Shown: positions 46,415-56,613 of the stretch, piece by piece
How positions within the stretch are numbered: the first letter of the stretch is position 1
How the letters are laid out: each line of letters begins with the position of its first letter
Assembly: GCA_944326815.1 (NCBI GenBank)
Contig: CALVFI010000007.1
Coordinates: forward strand, 22,205-86,204
Length of the DNA: 64,000 bases
Source of the DNA: an uncultured Rikenellaceae bacterium
GTDB lineage: Bacteria > Bacteroidota > Bacteroidia > Bacteroidales > Rikenellaceae
Direction: 5' to 3'
The notes under the pieces: generated by a model
The model's database searches: none
The model's input: the letters and a program-made list of their open reading frames with translations, nothing else
Told to the model about the DNA's origin: nothing
Translations under genes and position numbers: made by a program

Positions 46415-47764
46415 ATGAAATCGGTACTGATCGTAGAAGATGATGTGACGTTCGCTCTGATGCTGAAAACCTGGCTCGGCAAAAAAGGCTTTACCGTCGA
46501 GACAGCCAGCTCGGTGGACAAGGCCAAGGAGTCTCTGGCCCGGCACTGCCCCTCTATCGTTCTGACAGACATGCGAATGCCGGGACAGGACGGCATCTAT
46601 CTGCTGCAATGGATCGCCGAGCAGATGCCAACGCTTCCCGTCATTGTGATGACCAGCTATGCAGACATTCAGACCGCCGTACGCAGCATGAAACTCGGTG
46701 CCAAGGACTACATCGCCAAGCCGGTCAATCCGGAAGAACTGCTGCAAAAAATCGAGGAAGCCATCGCCGACAGTACAACCGTTGAGACCTCTCGGAGGAA
46801 AACCGACACAGAGGTGTCGACCGCCATTGACACCTCCTACATCGAAGGGAAAAGCGATGCTGCCCGGAAGTTGTACGAGTTCGTACGACTGGTGGCCCCG
46901 ACCCAGATGTCGGTATTGATCAACGGGGCAAGCGGTACGGGTAAGGAGCATATCGCCCGACTGATCCATCAATCCAGCAAACGGGCCGACCATCCGTTCG
47001 TTGCAGTAGATTGCGGCGCTATTCCACGAGATCTGGCCGCATCGGAGTTTTTCGGCCATGTCAAAGGTTCCTTTACCGGAGCGCTAAGCGACAAGACGGG
47101 AGCCTTTGCCGCAGCCAATGGCGGCACGCTCTTCTTGGACGAAGTCGGGAATCTGAGTTACGAAACCCAGATCCAACTGCTTCGTGCGCTCCAGGAACGC
47201 AGGATACGTCCCGTCGGCAGCAACAAGGAGATACCAGTCGACATCAGGTTAGTTGCAGCCACCAACGAACATCTCGAAGAGGCTATCGCCCAAGGCAAAT
47301 TCAGGGAAGACCTCTACCACCGGCTCAACGAATTCACCCTCCGGATGCCGACCCTGTGTGAACAGGCAGAGGATATCATGCTCTACGCCAACTTCTTCCT
47401 CGACCAGGCCAACCGTGAGTTCGACAAACATATCGAGGGATTTTCTCCCGAAGCCGTTACACTCATTTTACGATACGACTGGCCCGGAAATCTCCGGCAA
47501 ATGCGCAACATCGTAAGATGTGCCGCTCTCTTGGCTCAGACGCCTCAAATCACGCCACAGGATCTGCCAGCCGAGATCTCCGAGACCGACTCCTCGAAGG
47601 CTTCTACAGCACTCCATCAACCACAAGACGAAGAGGAACGGATCCGTCGGGCATTAACACTGGCCGGCAACAACAAATCCAAAGCCGCCCGACTGCTCGG
47701 CATCGACCGGAAAACGCTTTACAACAAGTTGAAAAGTCTCGGAATCGAATCCGACATTCCATAA
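46415..47764 (+). CDS. sigma-54-dependent response regulator (NtrC-type bacterial enhancer-binding protein)
   Basis: 449 aa. Receiver VLIVEDDV...LTDMRMPGQDG; AAA+ domain with GASGTGKE, FFGHVKGSFTGA and GGTLFLDEVG; Fis-type HTH NKSKAARLLGIDRKTLYNKL. Confidence 0.9.
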   Translation: MKSVLIVEDDVTFALMLKTWLGKKGFTVETASSVDKAKESLARHCPSIVLTDMRMPGQDGIYLLQWIAEQMPTLPVIVMTSYADIQTAVRSMKLGAKDYIAKPVNPEELLQKIEEAIADSTTVETSRRKTDTEVSTAIDTSYIEGKSDAARKLYEFVRLVAPTQMSVLINGASGTGKEHIARLIHQSSKRADHPFVAVDCGAIPRDLAASEFFGHVKGSFTGALSDKTGAFAAANGGTLFLDEVGNLSYETQIQLLRALQERRIRPVGSNKEIPVDIRLVAATNEHLEEAIAQGKFREDLYHRLNEFTLRMPTLCEQAEDIMLYANFFLDQANREFDKHIEGFSPEAVTLILRYDWPGNLRQMRNIVRCAALLAQTPQITPQDLPAEISETDSSKASTALHQPQDEEERIRRALTLAGNNKSKAARLLGIDRKTLYNKLKSLGIESDIP

Positions 47765-47790
47765 AACAACACACCTCGCACAGGGAATAG

Positions 47791-47840
47791 TGTGGAAAAT
47801 TTCCACAGTCTGCCTCATCGTTTTCCACAATTTCCCCACA
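47791..47840 (+). promoter_or_regulatory. candidate enhancer (UAS): 17-bp palindrome plus repeated half-sites
   Basis: TGTGGAAA-A-TTTCCACA at 47791-47807 has perfect 8+8 arms. TTTCCACA occurs again at 47822-47829 and TTTCCCCACA at 47831-47840. The sites lie directly after the activator gene and about 100 nt upstream of the candidate promoter. Confidence 0.5.
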
Positions 47841-47907
47841 CACCCCACCCACCCTCCTACCACACAAAAACATAATAATCAGCAATTTGCAGCAAAGTGT
47901 CTTTTTT

Positions 47908-47931
47908 TGGCATTCTGATTGGATAAATTTG
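47908..47931 (+). promoter_or_regulatory. competing promoter candidates for the small secreted protein: imperfect sigma-54 -24/-12 element and a sigma-A -7 box
   Basis: TGGCAT-TCTGA-TTGG at 47908-47922 has GG-N10-GG spacing like TGGCAC-N5-TTGC, but the -12 GC is GG. TAAATTTG at 47924-47931 matches TAnnTTTG. I cannot discriminate between them from sequence. Confidence 0.3.
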
Positions 47932-47994
47932 GTATGCAACCACAAAGGAAGCAAAACCAGAAAAACAGAATATTAATTTTTAAACTTTTAAGCC

Positions 47995-48372
47995 ATGAAA
48001 AAGACCTTTGTTTCAGTAGCGACCATCGCTCTTATGTTCGGAAGTGTATTTGCCGTATCTGCACAGCAACCCCAGCAAGCACCGACGGAACCGGCAGATA
48101 CCACGGAAGCACCTGCTCCGGAACAACCCGCCGATACGACTCAATCTGAGCCGACCAATGCAGAACCAGAAAAATCCATCTTCTTGACAATCGTTCAGGC
48201 ACCCGAGCAGGCTCCGGAAGAGTCGAAAGATGCGCCTCAGGAAGAAGCTCCCGCAAAAGATGATTCTCAGAAAGAGGAAACGCCTGCCGAAGAGGACGCT
48301 ACGCCTACCGAAGAGTCTGCTCCCGCTGAGGAGACAGCTCCTGCCGGAGAGGCTGCCAGCCTGATTTTCTAA
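47995..48372 (+). CDS. small secreted, highly acidic Pro/Glu/Ala/Thr-rich low-complexity protein (125 aa)
   Basis: Signal peptide MKKTFVSVATIALMFGSVFAVSA|QQ. The mature part is almost entirely P/E/A/T/Q, with one hydrophobic patch (SIFLTIVQA) and a C-terminal AASLIF. Confidence 0.55.
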   Translation: MKKTFVSVATIALMFGSVFAVSAQQPQQAPTEPADTTEAPAPEQPADTTQSEPTNAEPEKSIFLTIVQAPEQAPEESKDAPQEEAPAKDDSQKEETPAEEDATPTEESAPAEETAPAGEAASLIF

Positions 48373-48407
48373 GCCCCTCACACTTAATATATACCTTTTT
48401 CCAGAAA

Positions 48408-48439
48408 CAAAACCCTGCCGACATAGTGGCAGGGTTTTG
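48408..48439. terminator. bidirectional rho-independent terminator
   Basis: 12-bp stem CAAAACCCTGCC / GGCAGGGTTTTG with T-rich flanks on both strands, between convergent genes. Confidence 0.75.
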
Positions 48440-48480
48440 TTATGTTATATAGCATAGAACATCCCGAAGGAAAACGGCCA

Positions 48481-50907
48481 TTACAATAGGGCCAACTTCA
48501 GCACATCATCGTTCGTACGAACATAGTGGAAATTAAGTCCTTGAATATAATCAGCCTTGATTTCCGAAATATCCTTGCGGTTGTCTTCACTGAGGATAAT
48601 ATCGGTAATCCCAGCCCGCTTGGCAGCCAGAATCTTCTCCTTGATTCCGCCCACAGGCATGACACGTCCCCGTAAAGTCGTCTCTCCGGTCATGGCAATC
48701 CGTTCCTTCACCTTACGTCCGGTAAAGGTCGAGACCATCGAGGTCACCATCGTAATACCGGCACTCGGTCCATCTTTTGGAATTGCTCCTTCGGGCACAT
48801 GGACATTCATATCCCACTTTTCGAACTTCTCTCGATCGATACCCAACTCCGCGTAATGAGCCTTCACCCATTCCAGAGCAATCGTAGCCGACTCCTTCAT
48901 CACATCGCCGAGGTTCCCGGTCAGGCTCAACTTCCCCGTACCGGGACTCAGCACCGACTCGATATAGAGGATATCGCCTCCGACCTCCGTCCAGGCCAGC
49001 CCGGTAACGACCCCAACAATGCCTCCGACTTCATACATCTCACGTTGGAACTTCGGCATACCGAGAATCTTCTCCACATCCGCCGCTGAAATCTGGGGTT
49101 TGTACTTCGTCGCAAATCCGATGTCTTTAGCACGATGCCGCGCAATCTTCGCCAACAACTTATCCAGCGTCCGGACACCCGATTCACGTGTATATTCCGA
49201 TATCACCTTCTCCATGACGGCAGCATTCATCTTCAACTCCTTCGACGGAATGCCATGTGCTTCGAGCTGCTTGGGCAACAGATGTTTCAGACCGATCTGC
49301 ACCTTCTCTTCAAGGAGATATCCCGGAATATTGATCATCTCCATACGGTCGCGCAATGCCGGATTGATGGCTCCCACATTGTTGGCCGTAGCGATGAAAA
49401 GCACCTTCGACAGGTCGTACTCCATGTCGAGGTAGTTGTCATGGAATGTGGTATTCTGTTCCGGATCGAGCACCTCGAGCAGAGCCGACGACGGATCGCC
49501 ATGGTTGCCCACTCCAACCTTGTCCACCTCGTCGAGAATGATCACGGGGTTCGACGAACCGCACCGTTTGATGGTTTGAATAATTCGACCAGGCATGGCT
49601 CCGATGTAGGTACGGCGGTGTCCCCGGATCTCGGCCTCATCGTGCAGACCTCCAAGTGAAATACGCCCGAATTTCCGTTTGAGCGACTCCGCCACACTCT
49701 TCCCGAGAGAAGTCTTACCCACTCCCGGAGGGCCATACAGACACAGAATCGGCGACTTGAGATCCCCTTTTAGTTTTATCACGGCCAAGTGTTCCAAAAT
49801 ACGCTCCTTCACCTCCTCCAGGCCGAAGTGGTCGGCATCGAGTCGTTTGCGCGCCCGTTCCAAATCGAGATTGTCTTTGGTCGTCTCGTTCCACGGCAGA
49901 TCGAGCATCAACTGCAGATAGGTCATCTGCACAGAGTACTCGGCAATCGCCGAATTAAGACGCTCGAGTTTGCTCACCTCCTTTTCAAACGTCTCGGCAA
50001 CCTCCTTGTTCCATTTCTTCTTTTGAGCCCGACGACGCAATTCGGCCACATCGCTTTCGGTCGGATCTCCTCCCAACTCCTCCTGAATGGTACGTATCTG
50101 TTGTTGGAGGAAATATTCGCGTTGCTGCTGATCGAGATCGCGTTTCACCTTGCTCTGTATCTCACTCTTCAGCTCCACCAGTTGTTGCTGCTTGACCAGA
50201 ATCTCGAGCAAACGACGTGCCCGGGCCAACAGTCCCGGAGCCTCCAGCAAATGTTGACGATCGGCATCCGCCAGATCCAGATTCGAACAAATAAAATTGA
50301 TCAACCCCCGTTTGCTGTCGATATTCTTAATGGCGAAAGTCGCCTCTTTGGGCATATTCGGCGATATATTGATAATATTCAGCGCCACATCCCGAATCGA
50401 ATCCACCAAGGCATCAAACTCCACGTTTCCCTTCTCCGGAGTGGAATCTTTCAAGGGAATAATGGATGCCGTAAAGTAAGGATCGGAAGTGATGAAATTC
50501 TGAATCTCTATCTTCTCCTGCCCGTGCAGAATAACCGTCAGATTGCCGTTCGGCATCTCCAGCACCTTCAATACACGTGCAGCCGTACCGATTTTATATA
50601 CATCCTCCGGACCGGGATTCTCCACATCGGCCTCTTTCTGAAGCACAGCACCCAAAACACCGCTGCCGTTCTCCACCTCACGGATGAGCCGCATGGATTT
50701 TTCGCGTCCTACGGTAATCGGAGTAATCGCCCCTGGAAACAGCACGGAACTGCGAAGCGTCAGAATCGGTATCACCCCCGGCATAATCGTTTCCGGCGTA
50801 GCCTCATCCTCATCTCCTGTAACAATAGGAATGACCTGATGACGTCCCTCGAGCATATCCGTAATGCTCGCATAATCTTCGATTTCTATTCTGTTTTTCT
50901 TATTCAT
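48481..50907 (-). CDS. lon: ATP-dependent Lon protease (endopeptidase La)
   Basis: 808 aa with AAA+ motif GPPGVGKTS and protease active-site region [11 protein letters not shown]. Confidence 0.95.
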   Translation of the reverse strand: MNKKNRIEIEDYASITDMLEGRHQVIPIVTGDEDEATPETIMPGVIPILTLRSSVLFPGAITPITVGREKSMRLIREVENGSGVLGAVLQKEADVENPGPEDVYKIGTAARVLKVLEMPNGNLTVILHGQEKIEIQNFITSDPYFTASIIPLKDSTPEKGNVEFDALVDSIRDVALNIINISPNMPKEATFAIKNIDSKRGLINFICSNLDLADADRQHLLEAPGLLARARRLLEILVKQQQLVELKSEIQSKVKRDLDQQQREYFLQQQIRTIQEELGGDPTESDVAELRRRAQKKKWNKEVAETFEKEVSKLERLNSAIAEYSVQMTYLQLMLDLPWNETTKDNLDLERARKRLDADHFGLEEVKERILEHLAVIKLKGDLKSPILCLYGPPGVGKTSLGKSVAESLKRKFGRISLGGLHDEAEIRGHRRTYIGAMPGRIIQTIKRCGSSNPVIILDEVDKVGVGNHGDPSSALLEVLDPEQNTTFHDNYLDMEYDLSKVLFIATANNVGAINPALRDRMEMINIPGYLLEEKVQIGLKHLLPKQLEAHGIPSKELKMNAAVMEKVISEYTRESGVRTLDKLLAKIARHRAKDIGFATKYKPQISAADVEKILGMPKFQREMYEVGGIVGVVTGLAWTEVGGDILYIESVLSPGTGKLSLTGNLGDVMKESATIALEWVKAHYAELGIDREKFEKWDMNVHVPEGAIPKDGPSAGITMVTSMVSTFTGRKVKERIAMTGETTLRGRVMPVGGIKEKILAAKRAGITDIILSEDNRKDISEIKADYIQGLNFHYVRTNDDVLKLALL

Positions 50908-50925
50908 AATTCAATCTCCAATCCG

Positions 50926-50933
50926 CAAAGGTA
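50926..50933 (-). promoter_or_regulatory. -7 promoter box (TACCTTTG on the minus strand) for lon
   Basis: Matches TAnnTTTG, 18 nt upstream of ATG 50907. Confidence 0.4.
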
Positions 50934-51030
50934 ATGATTTCCCGCGGATTTTCTATTATACCTCACTATGAAACGTTTCCGAGATGGAAAAATTGTGATA
51001 TCCGAACGCGGATTATCAACAGCAAACAAC

Positions 51031-51038
51031 TATCTTTG
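51031..51038 (+). promoter_or_regulatory. -7 promoter box (TATCTTTG) for valS
   Basis: Matches TAnnTTTG, 35 nt upstream of ATG 51074 and only 8 nt before the ORF-track start 51047. This favours 51074. Confidence 0.4.
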
Positions 51039-51073
51039 CAAATTGAATGCAAATATTATCAGGAGGACATTAT

Positions 51074-53698
51074 ATGCAGATTGGAGACAAATACGTTCCC
51101 CAGGAGATCGAGGGCAAATGGTACGAATATTGGCTCGAAAAGAAATTTTTCCATTCGGAACCGGACGAAAGAGAGCCATATACTATCGTCATTCCGCCAC
51201 CCAATGTCACCGGAATGCTACATATGGGTCATATGCTCAACAATACATTGCAGGATGTTCTGGTGCGCCGTGCAAGGATGCAGGGGAAGAATGCCTGCTG
51301 GGTTCCGGGGACAGACCATGCTTCGATCGCCACAGAGGCCAAAGTGGTCGCCAAACTCAAGGAGGAGGGCATCGACAAGTCTTCTCTCACGCGTGAGGAG
51401 TTTCTCAAACACGCATGGGCATGGAAAGAGAAACACGGAGGCATCATTCTCCAACAGTTGCGCAAGTTGGGTGCCTCGTGCGACTGGGATCGTACCTGTT
51501 TCACGATGGACGAGCCCCGCACCGAAGGTGTTCTTAAGGTTTTCGTAGACCTCTATAACAAAGGCAAGATATATCGCGGAGTACGGATGGTCAACTGGGA
51601 CCCCGCAGCACAAACCGCACTCTCCGACGAGGAGGTGGTCTACAAGGAGTCTCAAGGGAAGCTCTACTACTTACGCTACAAGATCGAGGGCGAGGAGGGC
51701 TATGTCGTCGTGGCTACGACACGCCCGGAGACGATTCTGGGAGACACGGCGCTCTGCGTCAACCCGAACGATCCTCGCTACACCGGACTGAAAGGCAAAC
51801 GGGTTATCGTGCCGCTGGTAAACCGGTCGATTCCCGTCATCATGGACGACTATGTGGATATCGAATTCGGTACGGGAGCATTGAAAGTCACCCCGGCACA
51901 CGACGTCAACGACTATATGTTGGGCGAGAAATATAATCTCGAAGCCATCGACATTTTCAACGACGACGGCACGATCAACGGCAAGGTCGGCATGTACGAA
52001 GGGATGGATCGTTTCGCACTGCGCACACAGATCGAAAAAGATCTCGCAGCAGCCGGGCTGCTCGACAAAACCGAAGCCTATACCAATAAGGTAGGCTGCT
52101 CGGAACGCACCGGAGTACCCATCGAACCGAAACTCTCCATGCAGTGGTTCCTCAAGATGGAGGAACTCGCCGCTCCGGCAACGAAAGCCGTCATGGAGGA
52201 TCTGATCGAATTCGTCCCCGCCAAATACAAGAACACCTACCGCTACTGGATGGAGAACATCAAGGATTGGTGCATCTCGCGTCAACTCTGGTGGGGACAG
52301 CAAATCCCGGCCTGGTATCTCCCACAGGGAGGCTACGTAGTCGCCGAGACACCGGAGGAAGCGCTGAAGCTCGCCCGCGAAAAGAGCGGAAACGCCTCTC
52401 TGCAGATGAGCGATCTTCGCCAGGATGAAGACGTCCTCGACACTTGGTTCAGTTCTTGGCTCTGGCCGATCTCGGTATTCGACGGCATCCGCCATCCCGA
52501 CAACCGGGAGATCAACTACTACTATCCGACCAATGACCTGGTGACCGCCCCGGACATCATCTTCTTCTGGGTGGCGCGAATGATTATGGCCGGCTATGAG
52601 TATCGCGGCGAGAAACCGTTCGGACACGTCTATTTCACAGGAATCGTCCGTGACAAAATCGGGCGCAAGATGAGTAAGCAACTCGGCAACTCGCCCGATC
52701 CGCTCGACCTGATTGCCCAGTACGGTGCCGACGGTGTGCGGGTAGCTATGATGCTCTGTTCGTCGGCAGGCAACGACCTGATGTTCGACGACGCACTCTG
52801 CGAACAAGGACGCAACTTTGGCAACAAGATCTGGAATGCCTATCGTCTGGTCAACACCTGGAACGCGGATGAGACTCTTCCGCAACCCGAAAGCAGCCGT
52901 TTGGCCGTAGCATGGTTCAACGCCGTATTGAACAAAACCCTCTCGGAGATCGAGGCCGATTTTGCAGCATACCGAATCTCGGAAGCGTTGATGGCCGTCT
53001 ACAAACTGTTCTGGGACGAATTTTCGGGATGGTATCTCGAAATGGTCAAACCCGCTTACCAGTGTCCGATCGACGCCCAGACCCTGTCTCAAACCAAAGA
53101 GCTGTTCGAGAAGTTGCTGCTGATCCTCCACCCCTTCATGCCGTTCCTGACAGAGGAGTTGTGGCAGCATATCGCACCCCGCAAAGAGGGCGACAGTATC
53201 ATGGTAAGCCTTGCGCCTCAAGCGTCGGCCTACGACGAAACGATACTCTCGGAGTTCGAGAAGGTCAAGGAGGCCATTACGGCCATCCGCAATATCCGGA
53301 AAGAGCGCAACCTTCCCAATCGTGAGGCGCTGACGCTCAAAGTGATCACCGACGAAAACTATCATCCGCAATACAACCCCGTACTGGAGAAGATGGCCAA
53401 CCTGTCGGCCGTGGAAACTGTCAAGGAGAAAGATCCGACAGCAGCGGCCTTCATGGTCAAAACCACCCAATATTTCATCCCGCTGGGCGATAAAATCGAC
53501 GTAGAGGCTGAGCGCAAGAAGCTCCAGGCAGACCTGACCTATCAGGAAGGTTTCCTGTCGTCGGTGATGAAGAAGCTGAACAACGAACGATTCATGAGCA
53601 GTGCTCCAGCGAAGGTGGTCGAGACAGAGAAAGCCAAGAAAGCAGATGCCGAGGCGAAGATCAAAGCCATCCAGGAGAGGTTGAATGCCCTTCAATAG
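51074..53698 (+). CDS. valS: valine--tRNA ligase
   Basis: Class I signatures LHMGHML (HIGH-type) and [10 protein letters not shown] (KMSKS-type), plus a C-terminal coiled coil. I prefer ATG 51074 ([20 protein letters not shown]). Confidence 0.95.
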   Translation: MQIGDKYVPQEIEGKWYEYWLEKKFFHSEPDEREPYTIVIPPPNVTGMLHMGHMLNNTLQDVLVRRARMQGKNACWVPGTDHASIATEAKVVAKLKEEGIDKSSLTREEFLKHAWAWKEKHGGIILQQLRKLGASCDWDRTCFTMDEPRTEGVLKVFVDLYNKGKIYRGVRMVNWDPAAQTALSDEEVVYKESQGKLYYLRYKIEGEEGYVVVATTRPETILGDTALCVNPNDPRYTGLKGKRVIVPLVNRSIPVIMDDYVDIEFGTGALKVTPAHDVNDYMLGEKYNLEAIDIFNDDGTINGKVGMYEGMDRFALRTQIEKDLAAAGLLDKTEAYTNKVGCSERTGVPIEPKLSMQWFLKMEELAAPATKAVMEDLIEFVPAKYKNTYRYWMENIKDWCISRQLWWGQQIPAWYLPQGGYVVAETPEEALKLAREKSGNASLQMSDLRQDEDVLDTWFSSWLWPISVFDGIRHPDNREINYYYPTNDLVTAPDIIFFWVARMIMAGYEYRGEKPFGHVYFTGIVRDKIGRKMSKQLGNSPDPLDLIAQYGADGVRVAMMLCSSAGNDLMFDDALCEQGRNFGNKIWNAYRLVNTWNADETLPQPESSRLAVAWFNAVLNKTLSEIEADFAAYRISEALMAVYKLFWDEFSGWYLEMVKPAYQCPIDAQTLSQTKELFEKLLLILHPFMPFLTEELWQHIAPRKEGDSIMVSLAPQASAYDETILSEFEKVKEAITAIRNIRKERNLPNREALTLKVITDENYHPQYNPVLEKMANLSAVETVKEKDPTAAAFMVKTTQYFIPLGDKIDVEAERKKLQADLTYQEGFLSSVMKKLNNERFMSSAPAKVVETEKAKKADAEAKIKAIQERLNALQ

Positions 53699-54674
53699 AA
53701 CGAACATGGCCGTCCACTCCCAGGAAAAAGAGCAAGACAGGGCCCCGTATGTCAGTGTGCTGATTCCGGTCTATAATGGAGAGCGATTCCTGCGCCAGAC
53801 GATTGAATCGATACTTGCACAGACATTTACGGATTTCGAACTGATTCTCGTGGACGATTGCTCCTCGGATCGTTCGGCAGCGATCATTCAATCCTATAAC
53901 GATCCCCGCATCCGATTCTTCGTCAACGACAAGAACCTCGGCAACGGAGGGACACGTAACCGTCTTGTCCAGTTGGCACGAGGGAAGTATTGTGCCGTAC
54001 TGGATCATGATGACCTATGCCTTCCCGAACGGCTGGAACGCCAGGTGAAGTTTCTCGATGCCCATCCCGAAATCGGATTCTGCTCCTCAGCCATCGAGAT
54101 CATCGACGAACAGGGGCAGATGGCCGGCGAACGATGGTACAACATACCCGCCAACCATGAAGAGATCAAATGCGGGATTCTTTTCTGCTGTCCGGTGTCG
54201 CATGTCACCGTGATGTTCCGTCGCGAAGAGTATCTGGGCTACGGATTAAAATACACGAATGGCGGAGCTGACGACATGAGTCTTTTCAGTCGTGCCGTAG
54301 AGGTGATGCGTTTTACCAACTTACCAGAGCCATTGGTCTGCTATCGGCTCTGGAAAGGACAGTTCTCCGCGACCGGAAGGGAGAATCAGATGCGCCATGC
54401 CATGGAGGCCTTCGAATATGTCTACTCAAAGATAGGTATTACGCTCGACGACCAGGACCGGGCCGTACTCTTCTATACCATGCAGGGACTTCGCCCTACG
54501 GACAATCTGCTCCCAGCCTACCGGCGACTGGCTTTTCGGATCTGGAAAGCCAATCGAACCCACAAAAAATACGACAAGCACGCGCTCCGGAAACAACTGC
54601 ATCGTCTCCATCGCCACAAGCGAGGAGGCATCACGCCGGATTATCTGCTCTTTAAATTCCGCCTGTTATTCTGA
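53685..54674 (+). CDS. glycosyltransferase family 2
   Basis: [15 protein letters not shown]...[13 protein letters not shown] 53685 overlaps the valS end by 14 nt. ATG 53706 is an alternative start. Confidence 0.8.
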   Translation: MPFNRTNMAVHSQEKEQDRAPYVSVLIPVYNGERFLRQTIESILAQTFTDFELILVDDCSSDRSAAIIQSYNDPRIRFFVNDKNLGNGGTRNRLVQLARGKYCAVLDHDDLCLPERLERQVKFLDAHPEIGFCSSAIEIIDEQGQMAGERWYNIPANHEEIKCGILFCCPVSHVTVMFRREEYLGYGLKYTNGGADDMSLFSRAVEVMRFTNLPEPLVCYRLWKGQFSATGRENQMRHAMEAFEYVYSKIGITLDDQDRAVLFYTMQGLRPTDNLLPAYRRLAFRIWKANRTHKKYDKHALRKQLHRLHRHKRGGITPDYLLFKFRLLF

Positions 54675-54694
54675 AGCCCTTTCTCAGAAGAAGG

Positions 54695-56521
54695 TCAGGA
54701 CATGTGTTGCATCTCGACGAGTTTGCAATAGACGCCTCCTTGCGCCATCAACTCCTGATGCGTACCCTCCTCGACGATTCGGCCCTGCTCCACGACCAGA
54801 ATACGGTCGGCATTATAGATCGTACTAAGGCGATGGGCAATCACAATGGAGGTCCGTCCATCAAGCAGCGAATCGAGCGCATCCTGTACCAGTTTCTCAC
54901 TCTCCGTATCGAGGGCCGAGGTAGCCTCGTCCAGAATTAAGATCGCAGGATTCTTAAGCACAGCCCGTGCAATACTGAGTCGTTGCCGCTGACCTCCGGA
55001 AAGTTTCATGCCCCGATCGCCGATATTGGTCTGATAGCCATGCTCCGTCTCCAGAATAAACCCATGAGCATTGGCAATCTTCGCAGCATTCTCTACCTGC
55101 GCAAAATCGGCCGTATCATTACTCAACCGAATATTGTTCTCGATCGTATCATTGAAAAGCACGGTCTCCTGCGACACGACACCCATCGTCTCGCGCAGAC
55201 TGCGAATCGTATACTCCTTAATATTCCGGCCATCGATCAATATCTCTCCCGCATCCACATCGTAGAATCGCGGAATCAGATCGGAAAGCGTCGATTTTCC
55301 ACCTCCCGACGGGCCCACCAAGGCAACGGTCTCACCCTTCTTCACCTTGAAGTTCACTCCGCAGATCACCTCCCGATTCTCGTAAGAGAAACGGACATCG
55401 CGGAATTCAATCTCCTCCTTGAACTCAGTCAAATCAATAGCATCCGGAGCATCGGTAATCAGACTCTTCGTGTCGAGTAACGAAAGCACACGTTCTCCGG
55501 CGGCAATTCCCTGATTGATGTTACTGAAGGCATCCATAAAGGAACGCATCGGACGCGTAATCTGCGTAAAGACTCCAATATAGGCCAGGAACCCACCGAC
55601 CGTCAACGAATCCTGCAGCACCAGATATCCGCCGAAAACCAACAGTCCTCCGGCTGCTACAATACCCAGGAACTCACTCATCGGCGAAGCCATCTGCTGA
55701 CGACGCGCCATACTGCGGTAGATACGCGAAAACGCATCATTAATATCATGAAACTTCGCTTTAAAATAATTCTCGGCATTATAACTCTTGATCACTTTCA
55801 TGCCCGAAAGCGATTCGTCGAGCACAGAGGTCATATTGCCGAAATTCTCCTGGGCCTCTTTGGCCGAACGGCGCAAACGCTTGACAATCGAGCCGATAAT
55901 GACAGCCACCAACGGCAAATAGATGATCGAGAAGATCGTCAGTTTGGTCGAAATGGAGATCATCAAGAAGATGTAGAACAGAATCAGAAACGGCTCGCGG
56001 AAAGCAACCTGCAACGTATTGGAGATACAAAACTGAACCACCTGCACATCCGATGTAATTTTGGAGATAATATCGCCCTTACGTTCATTGCTGAAATATC
56101 CGAGATTCAACCCCATCACATTGTCAAACACGGCATTACGCAACTTCTTCAACGTATTGATCTTCAAATTCTCGATATTCCACTGTCCCAAATAGCGGAA
56201 CAAATTACTGAGAAATGCCGTGCAGGCCACAAAACAAGCCAACAGAATCAGCACACTCATCACGCTGTAATGTTCTCCGAAGATGTTATACAGGAAATAG
56301 TTGATCAACGCCGTGAAATACTTCTCGTTCAAAGCGAAAGGAGGCAGCTCTGTCACATGCTCCAGCACACGATTCTTATCAAAAAGGGTATTGACAATCG
56401 GGATGATGACCGCGAAGTTCATCATATTGAACAGCGCATAGAACAGTGTATAAAAGAAATAGGGAATCGCATATTTGCCGTAAGGCTTCGCAAAACTGAG
56501 CAGGCGCCAATATGTATTCAT
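54695..56521 (-). CDS. ABC transporter permease/ATP-binding fusion (MsbA-like exporter)
   Basis: Six-helix TMD followed by Walker A GPSGGGKST, signature LSGGQRQRL and Walker B ILILDEATSALD. I prefer ATG 56521 because a -7 box lies at 56552-56559, inside the longer ORF. Confidence 0.85.
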   Translation of the reverse strand: MNTYWRLLSFAKPYGKYAIPYFFYTLFYALFNMMNFAVIIPIVNTLFDKNRVLEHVTELPPFALNEKYFTALINYFLYNIFGEHYSVMSVLILLACFVACTAFLSNLFRYLGQWNIENLKINTLKKLRNAVFDNVMGLNLGYFSNERKGDIISKITSDVQVVQFCISNTLQVAFREPFLILFYIFLMISISTKLTIFSIIYLPLVAVIIGSIVKRLRRSAKEAQENFGNMTSVLDESLSGMKVIKSYNAENYFKAKFHDINDAFSRIYRSMARRQQMASPMSEFLGIVAAGGLLVFGGYLVLQDSLTVGGFLAYIGVFTQITRPMRSFMDAFSNINQGIAAGERVLSLLDTKSLITDAPDAIDLTEFKEEIEFRDVRFSYENREVICGVNFKVKKGETVALVGPSGGGKSTLSDLIPRFYDVDAGEILIDGRNIKEYTIRSLRETMGVVSQETVLFNDTIENNIRLSNDTADFAQVENAAKIANAHGFILETEHGYQTNIGDRGMKLSGGQRQRLSIARAVLKNPAILILDEATSALDTESEKLVQDALDSLLDGRTSIVIAHRLSTIYNADRILVVEQGRIVEEGTHQELMAQGGVYCKLVEMQHMS

Positions 56522-56547
56522 GCGTACAGAATCTATAAAATAATTGT

Positions 56548-56592
56548 CCTGCAAAAGTAGTCTAATTTTCAATAAATATATACTTTTGCAGG
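56548..56592. promoter_or_regulatory. divergent promoter pair built from a perfect 12-nt inverted repeat (TACTTTTGCAGG)
   Basis: The arms lie at 56548-56559 (minus) and 56581-56592 (plus). Each contains TACTTTTG (TAnnTTTG) pointing outward, 30 nt from ATG 56521 and 25 nt from ATG 56614. Confidence 0.5.
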
Positions 56593-56613
56593 TAAATTCA
56601 TTCGATTTGAACT

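Noticed and set aside
51671-53707. 678-aa minus-strand ORF antisense to valS. Similar antisense ORFs occur at 49789-50934 (lon), 35279-36274 (murF-alr), 7339-8307 (GH5-like), 19637-20497 (pseudoprotease) and 21859-22644 (TonB receptor).
   Set aside because: The reasoning is the same in every case. The sense-strand genes carry diagnostic motifs, and the antisense products are low-information and lack independent start or promoter evidence.
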